Origin: Lingula anatina
Taxonomy: Eukaryota > Animalia > Brachiopoda
Direction of reading: 5' to 3'
DNA: 64,000 bases
NCBI GenBank assembly: GCA_051362555.1
Contig: CM120645.1
Coordinates: forward strand, 1,178,001-1,242,000
Shown: positions 63,509-64,000 of the stretch, piece after piece
How positions within the stretch are numbered: the stretch's first letter is position 1
Layout: the number at the start of each line of letters is the position of its first letter
Translations under genes and position numbers: made by a program
Notes under the pieces: generated by a model
Database searches by the model: none
The model's input: the letters and a program-made list of their open reading frames with translations, nothing else
What the model was told of the DNA's origin: nothing

Positions 63509-63632
63509 TATTGTATGTTTATCATTATATGGTCAACCAAAATCAATGATTTTCCGGTATCAAATAAGATTGAAATGTTGATGATTGTATCGCTGTTTCA
63601 CTGTTGACCTTATTTTCCTCTCAACCAATCAG

Positions 63633-63754
63633 AATGCAGTACGACACAACCTCAGTCTACATAAGTGCTTCATGCGGGTCGAGAATGTCAAAGGCGCCGT
63701 CTGGACTGTCGACGAAATTGAATTCTACAAACGCAGACCACAAAAAATGAGTGG
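63633..63754 (+). CDS. FoxP: FoxP forkhead exon with recognition helix 3 and wing
   Basis: aatcag|AAT ... GG|gtacgt, 122 nt. Translates [41 protein letters not shown]. The gene probably continues beyond the window. Confidence 0.97.
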
Positions 63755-64000
63755 GTACGTCAGGCCATGGTGTGGTGAACATGCTTCTATGACATCATTG
63801 CTGTGTCTTTTTTTTTCTAGGGACCCTGGCAAAATGGCTTATTAGATGACAGATACTCTGATTTATTTATTTTTTTTTTGTTCAAAAGATGAATTTGAAA
63901 TTTATTATAACATGCACTTTTGGATAGGTTGCTTTAAGCAATTGGCGGAAATTTAAGACATTGCAGTTGTGATACGATTCTTGATAAAAAAACATTTTTC

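Noticed and set aside
62763-64000. FOXP1-18b/insect-type alternative exon ([13 protein letters not shown]-like)
   Set aside because: Only one helix-3 exon is visible; a second could lie beyond the window, so absence cannot be claimed.
1-64000. tRNA, rRNA, snoRNA or miRNA genes
   Set aside because: No convincing cloverleaf or box motifs found by eye; the long hairpins are explained by MITE termini and TSDs. An Infernal/Rfam scan would be needed to exclude them.

Overview
AT-rich, intron-rich animal genomic DNA, most likely an invertebrate bilaterian such as a mollusc (inference from gene content and repeat types). It is not prokaryotic, so most ORF-track entries are spurious or are exon fragments. 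Three genes can be built by hand from GT-AG boundaries with consistent phases. (1) The last two coding exons of TMEM168 (+, stop at 1516). (2) A complete 4-exon SAMTOR/BMT2 gene (-, 9020..5579, about 694 aa) with a very large low-complexity insertion. (3) Most of a FoxP gene (+; candidate first exons at about 12.75 and 15.0 kb; coding exons 28596..63754 giving polyQ, C2H2 finger, leucine zipper and forkhead; probably continuing past the window). The main observation is a tandemly duplicated pair of 102-nt forkhead exons (62243-62344 and 62661-62762). They look mutually exclusive and differ at the hinge residues that govern FoxP domain-swapped dimerisation; this is a different exon from the known FOXP1/insect alternative forkhead exon. 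Other observations: five identical splice donors in tandem behind the zipper exon, TMEM168-SAMTOR-FoxP linkage as around human FOXP2, clusters of forkhead sites, a Helentron-type element carrying DR1-rich satellite repeats, several MITEs (one with a CTCF motif) and two palindromic minisatellites. All homology calls are from recalled family motifs; no searches were run.
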